The translations under genes and the position numbers were made by a program. A stretch of 63,196 bases of DNA, counting the filler, from Asterionella formosa (lineage: Eukaryota), in the NCBI GenBank assembly GCA_002256025.1. It is 2 parts of 2 records of this genome, joined end to end, with 100 filler letters (N's around TTAATTAATTAA, not from the genome) between each part and the next. Parts side by side here need not be neighbours in the genome. Positions count along the whole stretch, not along the records: positions 1 to 31,564 come from NKIB01000627.1; positions 31,665 to 63,196 come from NKIB01000633.1. The stretch is one strand, 5' to 3'. Below the pieces are notes generated by a model. It was not told the DNA's origin. It saw only the letters and a program-made list of their open reading frames with translations, and ran no database searches. Below, one piece after another: positions 27,831 through 39,517 of this stretch. Numbering within the stretch: position 1 is the first letter of the stretch; every line of letters begins with the position of its first letter.

Positions 27831-27904
27831 GCAACTGATGCATACTCTGAGCCGCTTCTTCTTACATCCCTTTCTTTTTGTTAAATTAAATCATATCATG
27901 AAAG

Positions 27905-28592
27905 AAATTTCATGATTCTTTTACGAATGAGCTCGTTTTTAAAGTTTTGATGTTGGTGCTTTTCGTTTTGGCATGTTGTTTGTAATCTTGTTTATTGTCT
28001 TGCCTTTTTCGTCATTCTTGCCAACACTAACACAAGTAATCTACCTTGTTCTACAGAATTGAAAATTATGCATGGAAGCTCAGATAAATGAGGTAAGGAC
28101 GGCCAACCGATATTGTTTTGCGCGTCGATCGTTGTATTATCAATTAAGCATATTGCTTTTATATCTCCCCTATTTGTAGGAATCGTTGCTTGTCAGCCAT
28201 CCTTGAATCAGCCAAGTACAATCAGCCAGATGCTAGTACGACTGTTGCAGCCGCTAATGCTGTAAATTTCGTGATTCAATTTTGAATGGAGGTTGTTTTG
28301 AAAGTTTTTATGTTGACGCTTTCTTGTTTGTATGTTGTCTGTATTTCATTTATTGTCTTGCCAACACTAACACAAGTGATCTACCTTGTTCTACAGAATT
28401 GAAAATTATGTGTGGAAGCTCAGATATAGCAAAACGAGGTAAGAACAAGATAGTTTTGCGTGTTCATCATTGTTGTTATCAATTAAGCCACTCTAACATA
28501 TTGCTTTCATATCTCCCCTGCCTATTTGCAGGAATCTTTGCTTGTCAGCCAACTACAATCAGCCAGATGCTAGTGTAACAGCAGCTAATGCT
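27905..28592 (+). repeat. Tandem duplication of a ~350-bp unit carrying intron/exon-like signals
   Basis: CCAACACTAACACAAGT.ATCTACCTTGTTCTACAGAATTGAAAATTATG..TGGAAGCTCAGATA and AATCAGCCAGATGCTAGT each occur twice. Confidence 0.85.
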
Positions 28593-29580
28593 ATCTTCTT
28601 TGGCTAGAAAGTTGTGGGATAATGATTGGAAGATTGCCCACGCAAGCAAGCAAAGCAGTGATATCAGCATGCTGTTCAGCAATTTATGCAACCACTGGTA
28701 TTATTAGTGTCACTAGCTAGTCATGTAATGTAAATATAGTTCTGTTAGATACCACAAAAATATTAATATTGCAATAGTATTTCCATTTTGCTTTGCTCAT
28801 TCATAGAAATTATAGTTGATAGTTGCGAACAAAAATCGTGGTCATTGATCCAGAAATTATGTGATCAGACATACAAAAATATTGTTAGTTGGCCCCAAAA
28901 ATTATGTGGGCTTCTAAAATAATTATGGAAGTTGTCGAAACTATTTTAGTTCACTCTTAACATGTATATTATGTGATGCATCACATTTAATATGTGATGT
29001 CATACCCTTAAATTATGTACATAGCCAAATTCATCATATTGAGCCACCCAAATAATTAATTTGGGTGATCATATTTGACTAGCCTTTTTTTCTTGCAGCT
29101 GGTGTACCAATAATCGGCGTTGTAGATGCATCTATATGGCGAGAATTGCATAGTGGACTCCGGCAATTCACCTCTCACCATGCCAATCGTTGTCCATCAT
29201 GACCGGTTTGAAGCGAAATCAGCTCAGTGTTGACGCCAGTAGCGATTAATTGTCTAACGGATGCGGTTGGTTGTTGGATTGCTTGTTTTCTCGAGGGATT
29301 CATGTAGTTGCATCGTCCATATTTCGTTGGACAAACGATGATATCAATACATCTGATGTTGGTGGCAAGATTTTGCTCCGGTCATGCATGTGATGATGCT
29401 TAACGGATATTCTACCGGTACCAGGTACCGGCAGTCATCTGGTCTACATATGTACATGGTACTAAAAACATCCATGCATGGTTTAAACTATACTTTTACA
29501 CTTACTTTGAATACGTTATAACATTATCTCTGTAGACTCGGTATTATTTTTACGAGACCAGAATGTTAAATTATATCGTT

Positions 29581-29895
29581 CAGGGAATGTCTTAGTGGTT
29601 AAGCACGTTGCCTTTGATCTGAGGTTGTGAGGTTCGATTCCCGCAATTTTTTTGAGAAGCAATTGTTGGGTTCGACTCCTACACTCCTTAACATCCCACA
29701 CGGTCTTGCCTGGTGTGCAAGAAATAGTGGGCTGCCCCCCTACAAGCAGCTCGTGCCGCCTTCCTAGGCGGTCGGAGTTTCCCCTAACGCTGCGGCTAAG
29801 ACGATCACCTTTCGCGAAAGGTGGTTGGGGACTCACCTACGCTAACAAAACTAGGGAAGCAAAGGTCTTGTCGGCAGGTAGCACAATGAAATATT
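29581..29895 (+). mobile_element. tRNA-derived SINE-like element, copy 1
   Basis: A-box-like TTAGTGGTTAAG, B-box GGTTCGATTCC, a second B-box GGTTCGACTCC, then a GC-rich multi-stem body; homologous to 45840-46243. Confidence 0.7.
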
Positions 29896-31564
29896 TGCCT
29901 TGAAAGAGGTGAGTACGAATGGGCTATAAAATATACTAACTTAAATTTTATCGTTGAAATATTGATTGATTTTACGAACCGTTTGCCCGATTTCGTCCTT
30001 ACAATTATAGTTCTCACCCTTTCTTGCCTGCCTTTGCTCTATTCGGGCTTGCAATAGGCAACGTTTGTCTTTCTTTGATCCCATCGTCTGCTGCTTGTTA
30101 CTATAGTTGAAGCGGGTCGGTGAGTACAACAGTGAAACACTAAATGTGGATTGTAGATCATATTTATCGACTTCCCGATTTGATTGCTTCCATGGTCCGT
30201 TTTGATCGCTTCCATCGTCGTTTGTTGTTCCACAAAGTTAGGCTTCCATCTCGCCGTAGAACCGGTATTTTCGTCAGATATGATCAGCCGTTAAATTTTA
30301 ACTATATTTTTGTATTATGTTTTCTACGTGTTCTACACTATCTCAAATCAGATCTCGGCAGCAAGTTTTAGTGCTCACGTGTTGGCTTTTTTTCCGCTGC
30401 CCTACAATAGCATTGTTTCATTGCTTTCTAATCACAATATTACTTTTGTTACTTCTGCATAATCTTCTACATTGACAAACGAAAAGTCGTCAATCTCAAT
30501 GAGCTATCGCAAACTCCGCAAAGCAGCCGGAACATGATGGAACCAGTGTTCTGCATTAACTCGTATTCAACAAGGAAGAGAGGACAGGTATGTGCTTGTT
30601 GATTGTTGTTGTCATATTTAAGTTCTCGCCATGGTCGAGTATACTAATTATGAAACGTATTTCTTCCTCTTCAGAACGTTGATAAAGGCTATTGTCATGT
30701 TACTCCTCCACTTCCTGATGATGCAACAAATCAGTATCCACTGGTCAAACCAGCCTGTCCAATGAGGTGAAATATGTTGCCATTTGATTGTTATTTTCCG
30801 AGGTATAATTTACACAAACTAACATTATTCTTTTCCTGTTTCCCAACGCTAGCAAGCCACTTTTATCGAAACTCGCACGAAGATTGCAAAGTCTCCAGGT
30901 CGCAAACAATGTGGGCAACGCATCTCGCCAGCACTGACAACATATCACTCCATTGCTCCCTAACAACCTAATCAAAACTGTCCTCCTCAATTTTCCAATT
31001 CACAAATTTCCACATCAGCCAGTAAATTTTCGACGAATCCTGCTCCTCCTCCTGCCGGATACTGCCAGAATTCTGCACTGCCAGCACCACGAAACCTCCG
31101 CTATCAAGCTGTTGCTCCTCCAACACCTCCGCAACCACAAGTCCAAATCAATTCAGAAACCATCATTGCCTCTTAATCCATTCAGGCATCGGTTTCTGCT
31201 CCGCCAGGCCCGATCTGAAAATTTTTGAAATTTCGTTGCAACGAAAAAAGTGTGAGTTGACAATTGTTAATGAATATGCGTTGACAAAATTTCACACGAT
31301 TTTTCCGCTGACCCATTTTCTTTTTCACTTTTTACTCTACTCCCTGCTTGTCATTTTCACGTCTTACCTTTCGATTTCCGTTTCATACTTTGGTTGCTTA
31401 ACAACATCATGTCGAATTTTCGATGCTTGTTACAATCATTCTTGTGTGACTATTTTTCATGCATATACCGGTACCGGTATATTCGGTGGTCCATGCATTT
31501 TTGATTTGTCTACCGGTAAACTTTTTCCCATGAAAATTCTACTCCTGACGTTGCTCGATGGTCC

Positions 31565-31664
31565 NNNNNNNNNNNNNNNNNNNNNNNNNNNNNNNNNNNN
31601 NNNNNNNNTTAATTAATTAANNNNNNNNNNNNNNNNNNNNNNNNNNNNNNNNNNNNNNNNNNNN
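31565..31664. other. Assembly gap/linker (artefact)
   Basis: 44 N + TTAATTAATTAA (stops in all six frames) + 44 N = 100 nt. Confidence 0.97.
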
Positions 31665-31941
31665 TACCAAGGTACCAACGCTGGTTCCTACCAAGGCCCC
31701 AACGCTGGTTCCTACCAAGGTACCAACGCTGGTTCCAACAAAGGCTACCAAGGCCCCAACGCTGGTTCCAACAAAGGCTACCAAGGCCCCAACGCTGGTT
31801 CCAACAAAGGCTCCAGTTCCTACCAAGGTACCAACACTAATTCCAACCAAGGCTCCAGTGCCTACCACAAAGACACCTACCAATGCTCCAGTCCCTGCTA
31901 CCAATACACCCACAAAGGCACCAACAGCGGCGTCTGTATAG
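31665..31941 (+). CDS. 3' end of a Pro/Thr-rich mucin-like (PTKAPT repeat) protein, partial
   Basis: The plus frame reads TKVPTLVPTKAPTLVP...PTKAPTAASV* through a coding minisatellite; the 5' part is lost in the gap. Confidence 0.75.
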
Positions 31942-32647
31942 ATGCAACCAACGCAGGCTGGAAGGGGTAGGGGGGTAGGGGGGTTGCACATGATGAACTT
32001 TTGAACCGGCTAGTTTGGCTCATTCAAGTCCAGGATTCCAATAATAAGTGAGCTAGTTGGTATTAGTTCTATTTTGATCTGACTGTTTAGTTCCAGTCCT
32101 GCCAGGTCTTAAGGCCATCAGGCATTCTACAATTGCTTCCAAGGAGGCATTTAATTATATGTAAAGAACTGAGATGATTTGACTGACCTCCTTGTATAAG
32201 TCTTGACGAGAGGAAAAGTCCCTGTCGACTTTATTATATATGTAACTAATGAACCATTTGTGACATGTGGTACTGTTATAATCCCTACTTTTGTAGAGCT
32301 CTATGATCATGATCCTTTTTAAAAACACATACCATGGACTCCGAAAGGTTTCATGTTTGTTTCTTAAAACATGAAATATGTGTATGTATGTATTGCATAC
32401 CTAATATAATGGTACCTGGTACGTATGGCGGTATGTCTATTACGCACAGCACAATCATGTAGCAGCAGCGACACGTACAAGGTCGTACCATCACCGGTAG
32501 TCTGCCGACCGATAAAACCGGGTACCAGGTACCGGGTATTGCACACTGTACTGGTTACCGGTAGTAGCATCGGAAACTCTGATGCTCGCAGATCGGGATG
32601 AAATTGAATTATTATTTTATATCATAAGCAGTAGTATTTTTATTGAA

Positions 32648-33775
32648 ATGTGGATGTGGATGTCACAAACACCCATTACGCAGATTGTCAAGAAGACTGC
32701 TCCTCGGCGGTACCTCCTGGCTTGCTATAAAAGTACAGTACTATATATTGATACAAAAGCAGCATCAACATCAACGACGACGACGACAATGGCTGATAAT
32801 GATGCAGACAGCAACAAGGAAAGCATCCTCATTAACAACAACAACAACACTACAATGAATGCTCCTACTCCAGTATTGGAACCTGTTAGTCATACTAGTT
32901 ATATGATTGACAATCCATGCTGGGGATCATCCACCAATCATTCCTTGTCTGATCTACTTTCGACAATTAATCGATCGACAACTATTTTATATGAATCCGA
33001 CGAATACATTGCAATGAACAAGCCACCCGATTTACGAATGGATGGGAACTTTTCAGCAACGGTACATAAATTGTTATGGTATTGGTATCGTCCCACATCC
33101 TTGATGATGATGATGATGATGCAAAGCAGCAGCAACAACAACATCCAAGACAAGCATACACTGCTGGACGAAGCCAGCTTCATGGCTCAATTATCCAATT
33201 TACCAACATTCAATTCCATTCCAGACAATACATTACGACCATGTCATCAATTGGATTATGCCACCAGTGGCGTTCTGTTAGTGGCTCGTTCCAAAAGTGC
33301 TGCACGACGGGCCTGCGATGCCTTTTATACTAGATCGATCAAGAAAGTGTACATTGCCCTAGTCCGGGCACCTACAACAACGACGTCTATAACTGATATG
33401 GTGAACCAAATACCAGTACTTGCCATGACCAACGATCAATTGGAACAAAAGATGAAACACATGGAACAAACCAATGAACGAACCAAGTCCAAAAGGAGAA
33501 AGGATACCTTTAATGGATATCAGCCACCCCATTCTTTATTTATGAAATGGAAGGGATTGCTCAAACAAAAGAATAATACTGCTAGTACAAATCATACCAG
33601 TAAGAAACGATCCTTTCATCAAGACGAACCAATGGACCTTTGTGACTATATTCATCAACATGTAGCTTCCAAACAGGATCAAGAGGTCATGTCGAACCTT
33701 GGATGGAGCACCCTTTCCCCTTGTCAAATCCAAATTTTTCAAGAGTTGAGCCATGTCTACAATGATGTATTACTG

Positions 33776-33837
<62 letters not shown>

Positions 33838-34288
33838 GCAGCAGCAGGAACAACAACAACAGCATGAAATCACCAAACAAAAAGACGAAATATTACTTCC
33901 CACCCTCTTTCGACTTGTAGATATTGACAAGGATTGTTTTTATATTTTTGCAAGTTTGGCAACGCAACCTGATACCTTTGCCATGAAAATAAAGACATTT
34001 GAAACGGAATCTGTCAATGATGGATTGGAATACAGACAATGTCTAACCAAATGTCAAATCCTTGGTCCCTATGATGAAACAACAATGAAAGTACTGTTAA
34101 CTCCGTATACCGGCCGTCGACATCAATTGCGATGTCATATGGTTCTTTGTGGAATGCCCATTGTTGGAGATGCCACTTATGGAACAAGGGACGATGAAGC
34201 GGATCGAATGTGTTTGCATTCGTATTCCTTGGAATTACCAGGAATACTACCCATGATTGTAGCACCAGATCCGTGGGAGGGAGGATGA
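32648..34288 (+). CDS. RluA-family (RPUSD1-like) RNA pseudouridine synthase
   Basis: Motifs NKPPDL, CHQLDYATSGVLL (catalytic Asp), TGRRHQLRCH, PIVGDATY, RMCLHS. Start is either 32648 or 32789. Confidence 0.92.
33779..33863 (+). repeat. (CAA)n microsatellite encoding polyQ
   Basis: Long in-frame CAA run inside the pseudouridine synthase. Confidence 0.95.
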
Positions 34289-34927
34289 GACAAGTCAGTA
34301 GTATTACCCCAGAGGAAGATGGATACGTTGGAGAGAACTGCTTAGCGGATGTGATGTTTTGGGATGAGTTGGGCATCATTTGGGCATGGGATTGATTTGC
34401 TAGTTTGCCAACGAATGCTGGCAAAAATGTTTCTCGAGTGGCATTGTCCGAACATGGTTACCTCAATGACAACCAACCCTTTCAAAATGACGCAATATAC
34501 CGCTTCACAGTTTGCAAATCTGGGAAAACAATTGATTTCAGCCTTGGGATTTCTCTTTCCAATATGTGGTGATGCCTCTATAAAGTGGTAAACTTTGGCT
34601 AATTGAATAGAAGCCACTGGTGCTGTAGGTCGTGTGAACCGTACGTATGAATCGATGTGGGAATGAAAGAAAGCAAGAGTATCATATAATGACGACAGCA
34701 CATGGCTGGATTCCTAGCATGGAACACATGAAATTGGAAGGAAGTATCGTCTTCTAAAGGACTCGAAAGAGTTCCAAGCGTAGCAATTGCCTTGGCTTCC
34801 CATTTGTCTCTAAACTTTTGTGGCAGTATACGTGGTGCAAACAAATAATACGAGACGCACCGATGCGTCTGTAATCTTTCGCATAAAATCAATCTCAACA
34901 CGTAAACAAGGTGCCTAATCATTAACA

Positions 34928-35371
34928 ATGCGCTTATATTCCCTCCTTCTCGCTGTTGTTGTGCAACAAGTGGACGCGTCTCGTATGTTCGATGCTCATT
35001 TCTTTGACAAAGGATCATTTATCCATCCTTTGCCGGGTGATATGGACGAAACGGCACAAGTGTTTGCTTCTAGTACTTCTCTCAAAACCCGGAGTCGTCG
35101 TGATCTAGAATCTACCGATGGAAGAAAGGTGAAGAATGTTTCTGTGAAGAGGCAAACAAAAGTGATTTCAGACGAAAAACCAAAAGTGGATGGAACGTCT
35201 GTGCTTCATATTCATCATCAATTTCCGCATTCAACAACATTCCAAGCAATTGCGGATTCTGACCCATGTCAAGCAGAGGATACTTCAACGGCTCGGATAT
35301 TTGGTGCGTGGTTTCATAGATGGAATAAAAAGGGAAATCAAGTGAATTCTCAGTTGCTGAATAATAGCTAG
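34928..35371 (+). CDS. Small secreted protein, paralog 1
   Basis: Signal peptide MRLYSLLLAVVVQQVDA, RSRRDL site, KVKNVSVKRQ, GAWFHRWNK. Confidence 0.75.
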   Translation: MRLYSLLLAVVVQQVDASRMFDAHFFDKGSFIHPLPGDMDETAQVFASSTSLKTRSRRDLESTDGRKVKNVSVKRQTKVISDEKPKVDGTSVLHIHHQFPHSTTFQAIADSDPCQAEDTSTARIFGAWFHRWNKKGNQVNSQLLNNS

Positions 35372-35802
35372 AGAACCTTGCTGGAGTGTCTGACATGACT
35401 TTATGTGTTACTATGTCATCAACCCCCCTAGCTCTTAGTAGTCTACTAAAGTCCACTAGGACAAATGAATGTTCAGGACAGGGAATCTCCTAAAACTTGT
35501 GTTGTAAAATCAATCCGGGAATGGAGCATGAGGATGGCGAACATCTGATGGGATTCACAGTATCAATGAAAAATTGTTTTCTTGTGAGTGGCTTCTCATC
35601 AGATCGGAAGAGCCGTTTTCTACAGGAATAGTAGTAAATCCCCTGATTCTTTGGCTTCTGATGTTTCCATTCGCCGTATATTATGGTTGATAGGAGGTGC
35701 GTGGTTTGTTCACAACAAGATGAAAATGCACATTTATATTCCTTCTGATTCATGGACACAAAAATCATATTTAGAAAAGGAGTATAATCAAAACTAGCAA
35801 CA

Positions 35803-36242
35803 ATGCGTTCCTACTCGTTCCTGCTCACTTTTATCTTCGTGGTCCAACATGTGACCGCCTCTAGCTTGTTTCGAACCTACGTCGTTGAACCAGGATCAAA
35901 CATCCAGACTTGGTTCCGAGATCATGTGGCGGAAGTAAGCGAAAATCCAAATGCTGATATGAAGGTAAAGAGTGTCGCTGTAAAGAAGCAACAAACAGAT
36001 AAGATTTCAGAGAACAAAGAGAGTGCTGTTGGTCCTCGTGAGTTTTCACAATACTAACTGCTACTCGTTTAATATGCCGAGCCCTTTCTCTAATCCCATT
36101 TTAACCAGATTCTCCCAAAGCGAATCAAATTGGTTGGTTCCACAGGTCAAACAAGGAAGTCCCTAAGAAGAATCAAACTGGGTGGGTCCATAGATTGAAG
36201 AACAAGATGGGCATTGGTGAAGACAGCCCGCTTATTGAGTAG
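35803..36242 (+). CDS. Small secreted protein, paralog 2 (122 aa)
   Basis: Exons 35803-36037 and 36109-36242 with a phase-1 GT-AG intron. Signal peptide; ends NQIGWFHRSNKEVPKKNQTGWVHRLKNKMGIGEDSPLIE*. Confidence 0.75.
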
Positions 36243-36905
36243 AATACTACTTTTGTGTCTGTGGAAAGGCTGATTAAAGCTACATGTCGAACCAGGCTCA
36301 TCAGGTCGGCATTATTTCGTGTGGAACACAGCCGGATAGCTTGAGGAAGCTGTTCACAAAAGAAAAGAAGGCCTCGTTGTTGCAAAGGTTTTACCGGTAC
36401 ATGGAATAGGTGCCGGACTACTCTTAAACTAAATAGACTGCATACCGGCAATAATTTAGAAAGGATGCATGCAATTCATCAAAGCATCATCAGTCGATTG
36501 CTATATGGTACTGGTACCTGGTACCATGCTGTCAGGGTACAGTATGAATATTATTTGTATTTTTGTACCCGTATTTCCTAGCAATGATGCTGTACAGGCA
36601 AGTCAAGTATGTGACGTCACTGCCGGTACATATTTACAAACAGATTTGCGATGGGGGCAATTGTTGTCAAGATGGATTGTCGCTTGCTAAGCAACGAATA
36701 TTGATGGGACAGCTGCTGTGGCCTCGATTGGAAGTATCTTTTCTACAGGTGCTAGTACTAGTTCCATCGTTGAGGAACTGGTTTACCTGCTGGAGGGAGT
36801 AATACAGAGTGGTTCCAAACAAGAAGCACACATAAAAATGCATCACAAATGTAAATGTATGTTTACAAGAGTCCACACAAAGAACATAATCGATCCGTCG
36901 TTACA

Positions 36906-37308
36906 ATGCGTAGCAATTCTATTCTGATCATGTTCATCGTCGCCGCTGTGCAAGAAGCCTGTGAAGTGAACGCATCTAGCATGTTCATTCCTTGGCTTGG
37001 GGATCTTGTCGTCGAGGCTCAGGAGTCAACTCAAGCACAGGCAACTGCTTCCGGAACGGCAAGTCATTCTAATTCTGGCACATCTGACAAGACTCAGGTA
37101 TCCATGACAAAGGGGAGCTCAAGGATTTCAGACAGTGCTGCTGGTGAGTGATCCATGGTTTCACCTTGACTCATGGAATTTCAACTATCAAGCGTCTCAG
37201 GTAAACCCCTTCCCTATGTACCACGCAGATGCAAACAAAACGAATCGACTTGGTTGGTTCACAGTTTTAAACGGCAAGGGCATTGATACAATTCCATCGA
37301 TTGAGTAG
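36906..37308 (+). CDS. Small secreted protein, paralog 3 (105 aa)
   Basis: Exons 36906-37143 and 37229-37308 with a phase-1 intron. Signal peptide; ends NRLGWFTVLNGKGIDTIPSIE*. Confidence 0.75.
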
Positions 37309-39517
37309 CCAATTGGTTGATTCAACACTCAAAGTCTCAATGCAAAGTCTGGCACAGTACTAGACGCTGATCAATGCTGTTCCGTTCACCGATGTGTGGT
37401 GGAGTTTTTGAAGCTCAGAGGATGGTAGTAATGATTGAACGACGGGGGAAACATCATCTAGTTCCCTCGCATTTCCGCCAGTTTTGGGAGCAACAGTCCC
37501 ATTCCTTGACTTGAATTTATACACCTAAGCTGTGGTGAAATAAACAACGACTTGCCAAACAACGTATAACTACTTACCGTAGTCATTTCCAGCATGATCA
37601 ATTCATTTTGGTATCACTTGGCTTATGGTCAGTCTACTAGCACTGATACTTCTTTCATGTAGAATGACAATTCCCAACGTGCTCATCCAACTCCGAACCA
37701 ATGTGTTTATTGAAATAGTTACCATCCAACAGAAAGTGGTTCTCGCCATATACTGAGTTCCAAATACGAGCTAGCATGTTCACACACTCGCTACTAGGTC
37801 GAGGGAGAGATATCTAGTGTCACCAAATGACCTCAACTGGAGTCTACTTGTAGGAGTATCGCGTAGTACAGTATAGGAATATGGTAGTCTATAGCAACTA
37901 CACACGGAATATGATTAAAATACTAAATTCAAATTAACCATCAGGTAGGAACCCAAACAAAATAATGTAGGGTTGGAAACAGGTAAAAATAGCTATGTCA
38001 TTTTCCTTGAAAGAAGTACCGGTGGTATGTGACTTGTGTAAATTTTCCGGTACACAAGTGCTCAAAAATTTGGAAAATCAAATGATCATGGAAACCAATT
38101 CAACCAAGAACAATATCACTTTTTATGAGAATTTGCATGTTTTAAACTATGGAGAAGACAATGGTTTGATCAACAGAAGTGGGCAATGCCAAAATCGCCT
38201 TTATCCTGTCTCCACATCAAAGTAAATCTAGTCATGGGTGTGTACATTTGAGGAGACAGGAGCATGGGATTTCCGGTACAGATACCGAAATCGACATAGA
38301 CTACCCTGGTACTGGGATACTATCCTGTAGGTGTGTGTGTCTACACTAATACTGGGTTTGGTACCAGGTGGGCAATCCCATGCATCAATACAGATCGATA
38401 TAGGGTTAGTTTTACAATGTATGCTGTATCAGAACTCACTAATGAGAGAACTCAACTAACACCTATTATATACTTTGGTGTCAACAACTAAGGGAACAAG
38501 TTCAATATCAAGATTAGATAATAAACTTATATGTTCAACAAATACTACTACTACTTCTATTTAGATACTTCACTTTGAATTCAAAAAGAGTACAATTATA
38601 ACAGAACAAACATGGCAATGTATTCAAGGGTTCCTGTCATTCCTTTGATCAAAGATTACAATGTATTGACTATTAAAACTAAAACGTTTCGAGTTGCTTT
38701 GACTGCTGGCGGAAGGTCTGAATTGTTCGACCAAGATGTAATTGATGAAGATTCAGTGGAAGCGTTGTTAATTGGAGTTAGAAAATTTCGAGACATGGCT
38801 TACTCATGTGCTTTTAGCCCTGCAGATACCTTTTCCTTTCTACATTGGATATTGCATTTGAAATATCATCCTTCACTGCTGCCACTCCACCCAGTAATTC
38901 CTGCAGTGTACTGTCAACCCGGTAATAAGTATTTGTCGATAACCCCGCTACCTTGGTACCTGGTACCAGGTATTTGATTACAGGATACACTGGTACCGCT
39001 CGCCAGGACCACCTAATATCAACATTTATTCACACAAGTCTACTTTCATTAATAATGGTAAAGTACCACTATGAGTAACCTGACGTGTGTAAGAAAATAA
39101 TCTGACAAACAAATTTGATTGACCACACCAACACGGTCATTGATATATCAAAATTATCATCAACATAACAAAACATTTGATCAATAGATCAACAATTTTG
39201 GTTAACCGATTAGATTTAGTAACTAATATGTACGAGTTCTTAAATACGCATAACCTAACATGTGTATGCTACTAACCTAATGTACAAATTTGATTGATCA
39301 TACAGACACTGCCATTGATATAGTATCAAAATTATCATCAACAAAATATTTGAATAATCAATCAGTTTTCTAACATATGCTGAGTAAAATGTTAGATGTG
39401 ATGGAAAATCTATTCACAGATGCAGGTGCCACTACCATAAATGGGTAAACCCAGTAATAAATATTCACCGACCTATGCACTGTGGAATTTATCAAATTTT
39501 AGCAACAAGGATGTTAA

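Noticed and set aside
28800..29100. Repeated AAATTATGTG-like motifs as a CACTA subterminal region
   Set aside because: Too decayed; no matching second terminus or TSD found.
29583..29646. Functional tRNA gene (TTG anticodon-like loop)
   Set aside because: Acceptor and anticodon stems do not pair properly, and it is the head of a dispersed repeat.
29746..29850. HDV-like ribozyme in the SINE body
   Set aside because: A P3/L3-like GTT-TCCCCT-AAC exists, but no compatible P2 and full P1 could be built.
29940..31230. Short ORFs and splice-like signals before the gap
   Set aside because: No coherent gene model or recognisable family; probably TE or pseudogene debris.
31609..31620. TTAATTAATTAA as a biological motif
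   Set aside because: Artificial scaffold linker; adjacency across it is unproven.
31617..31991. Minus-strand VGT/VGA-repeat ORF
   Set aside because: Antisense shadow of the plus-strand PTKAPT repeat.
38612..38977. 121-aa ORF, possibly a gag-like fragment
   Set aside because: No diagnostic motif, and the 3' part runs into repeat sequence.
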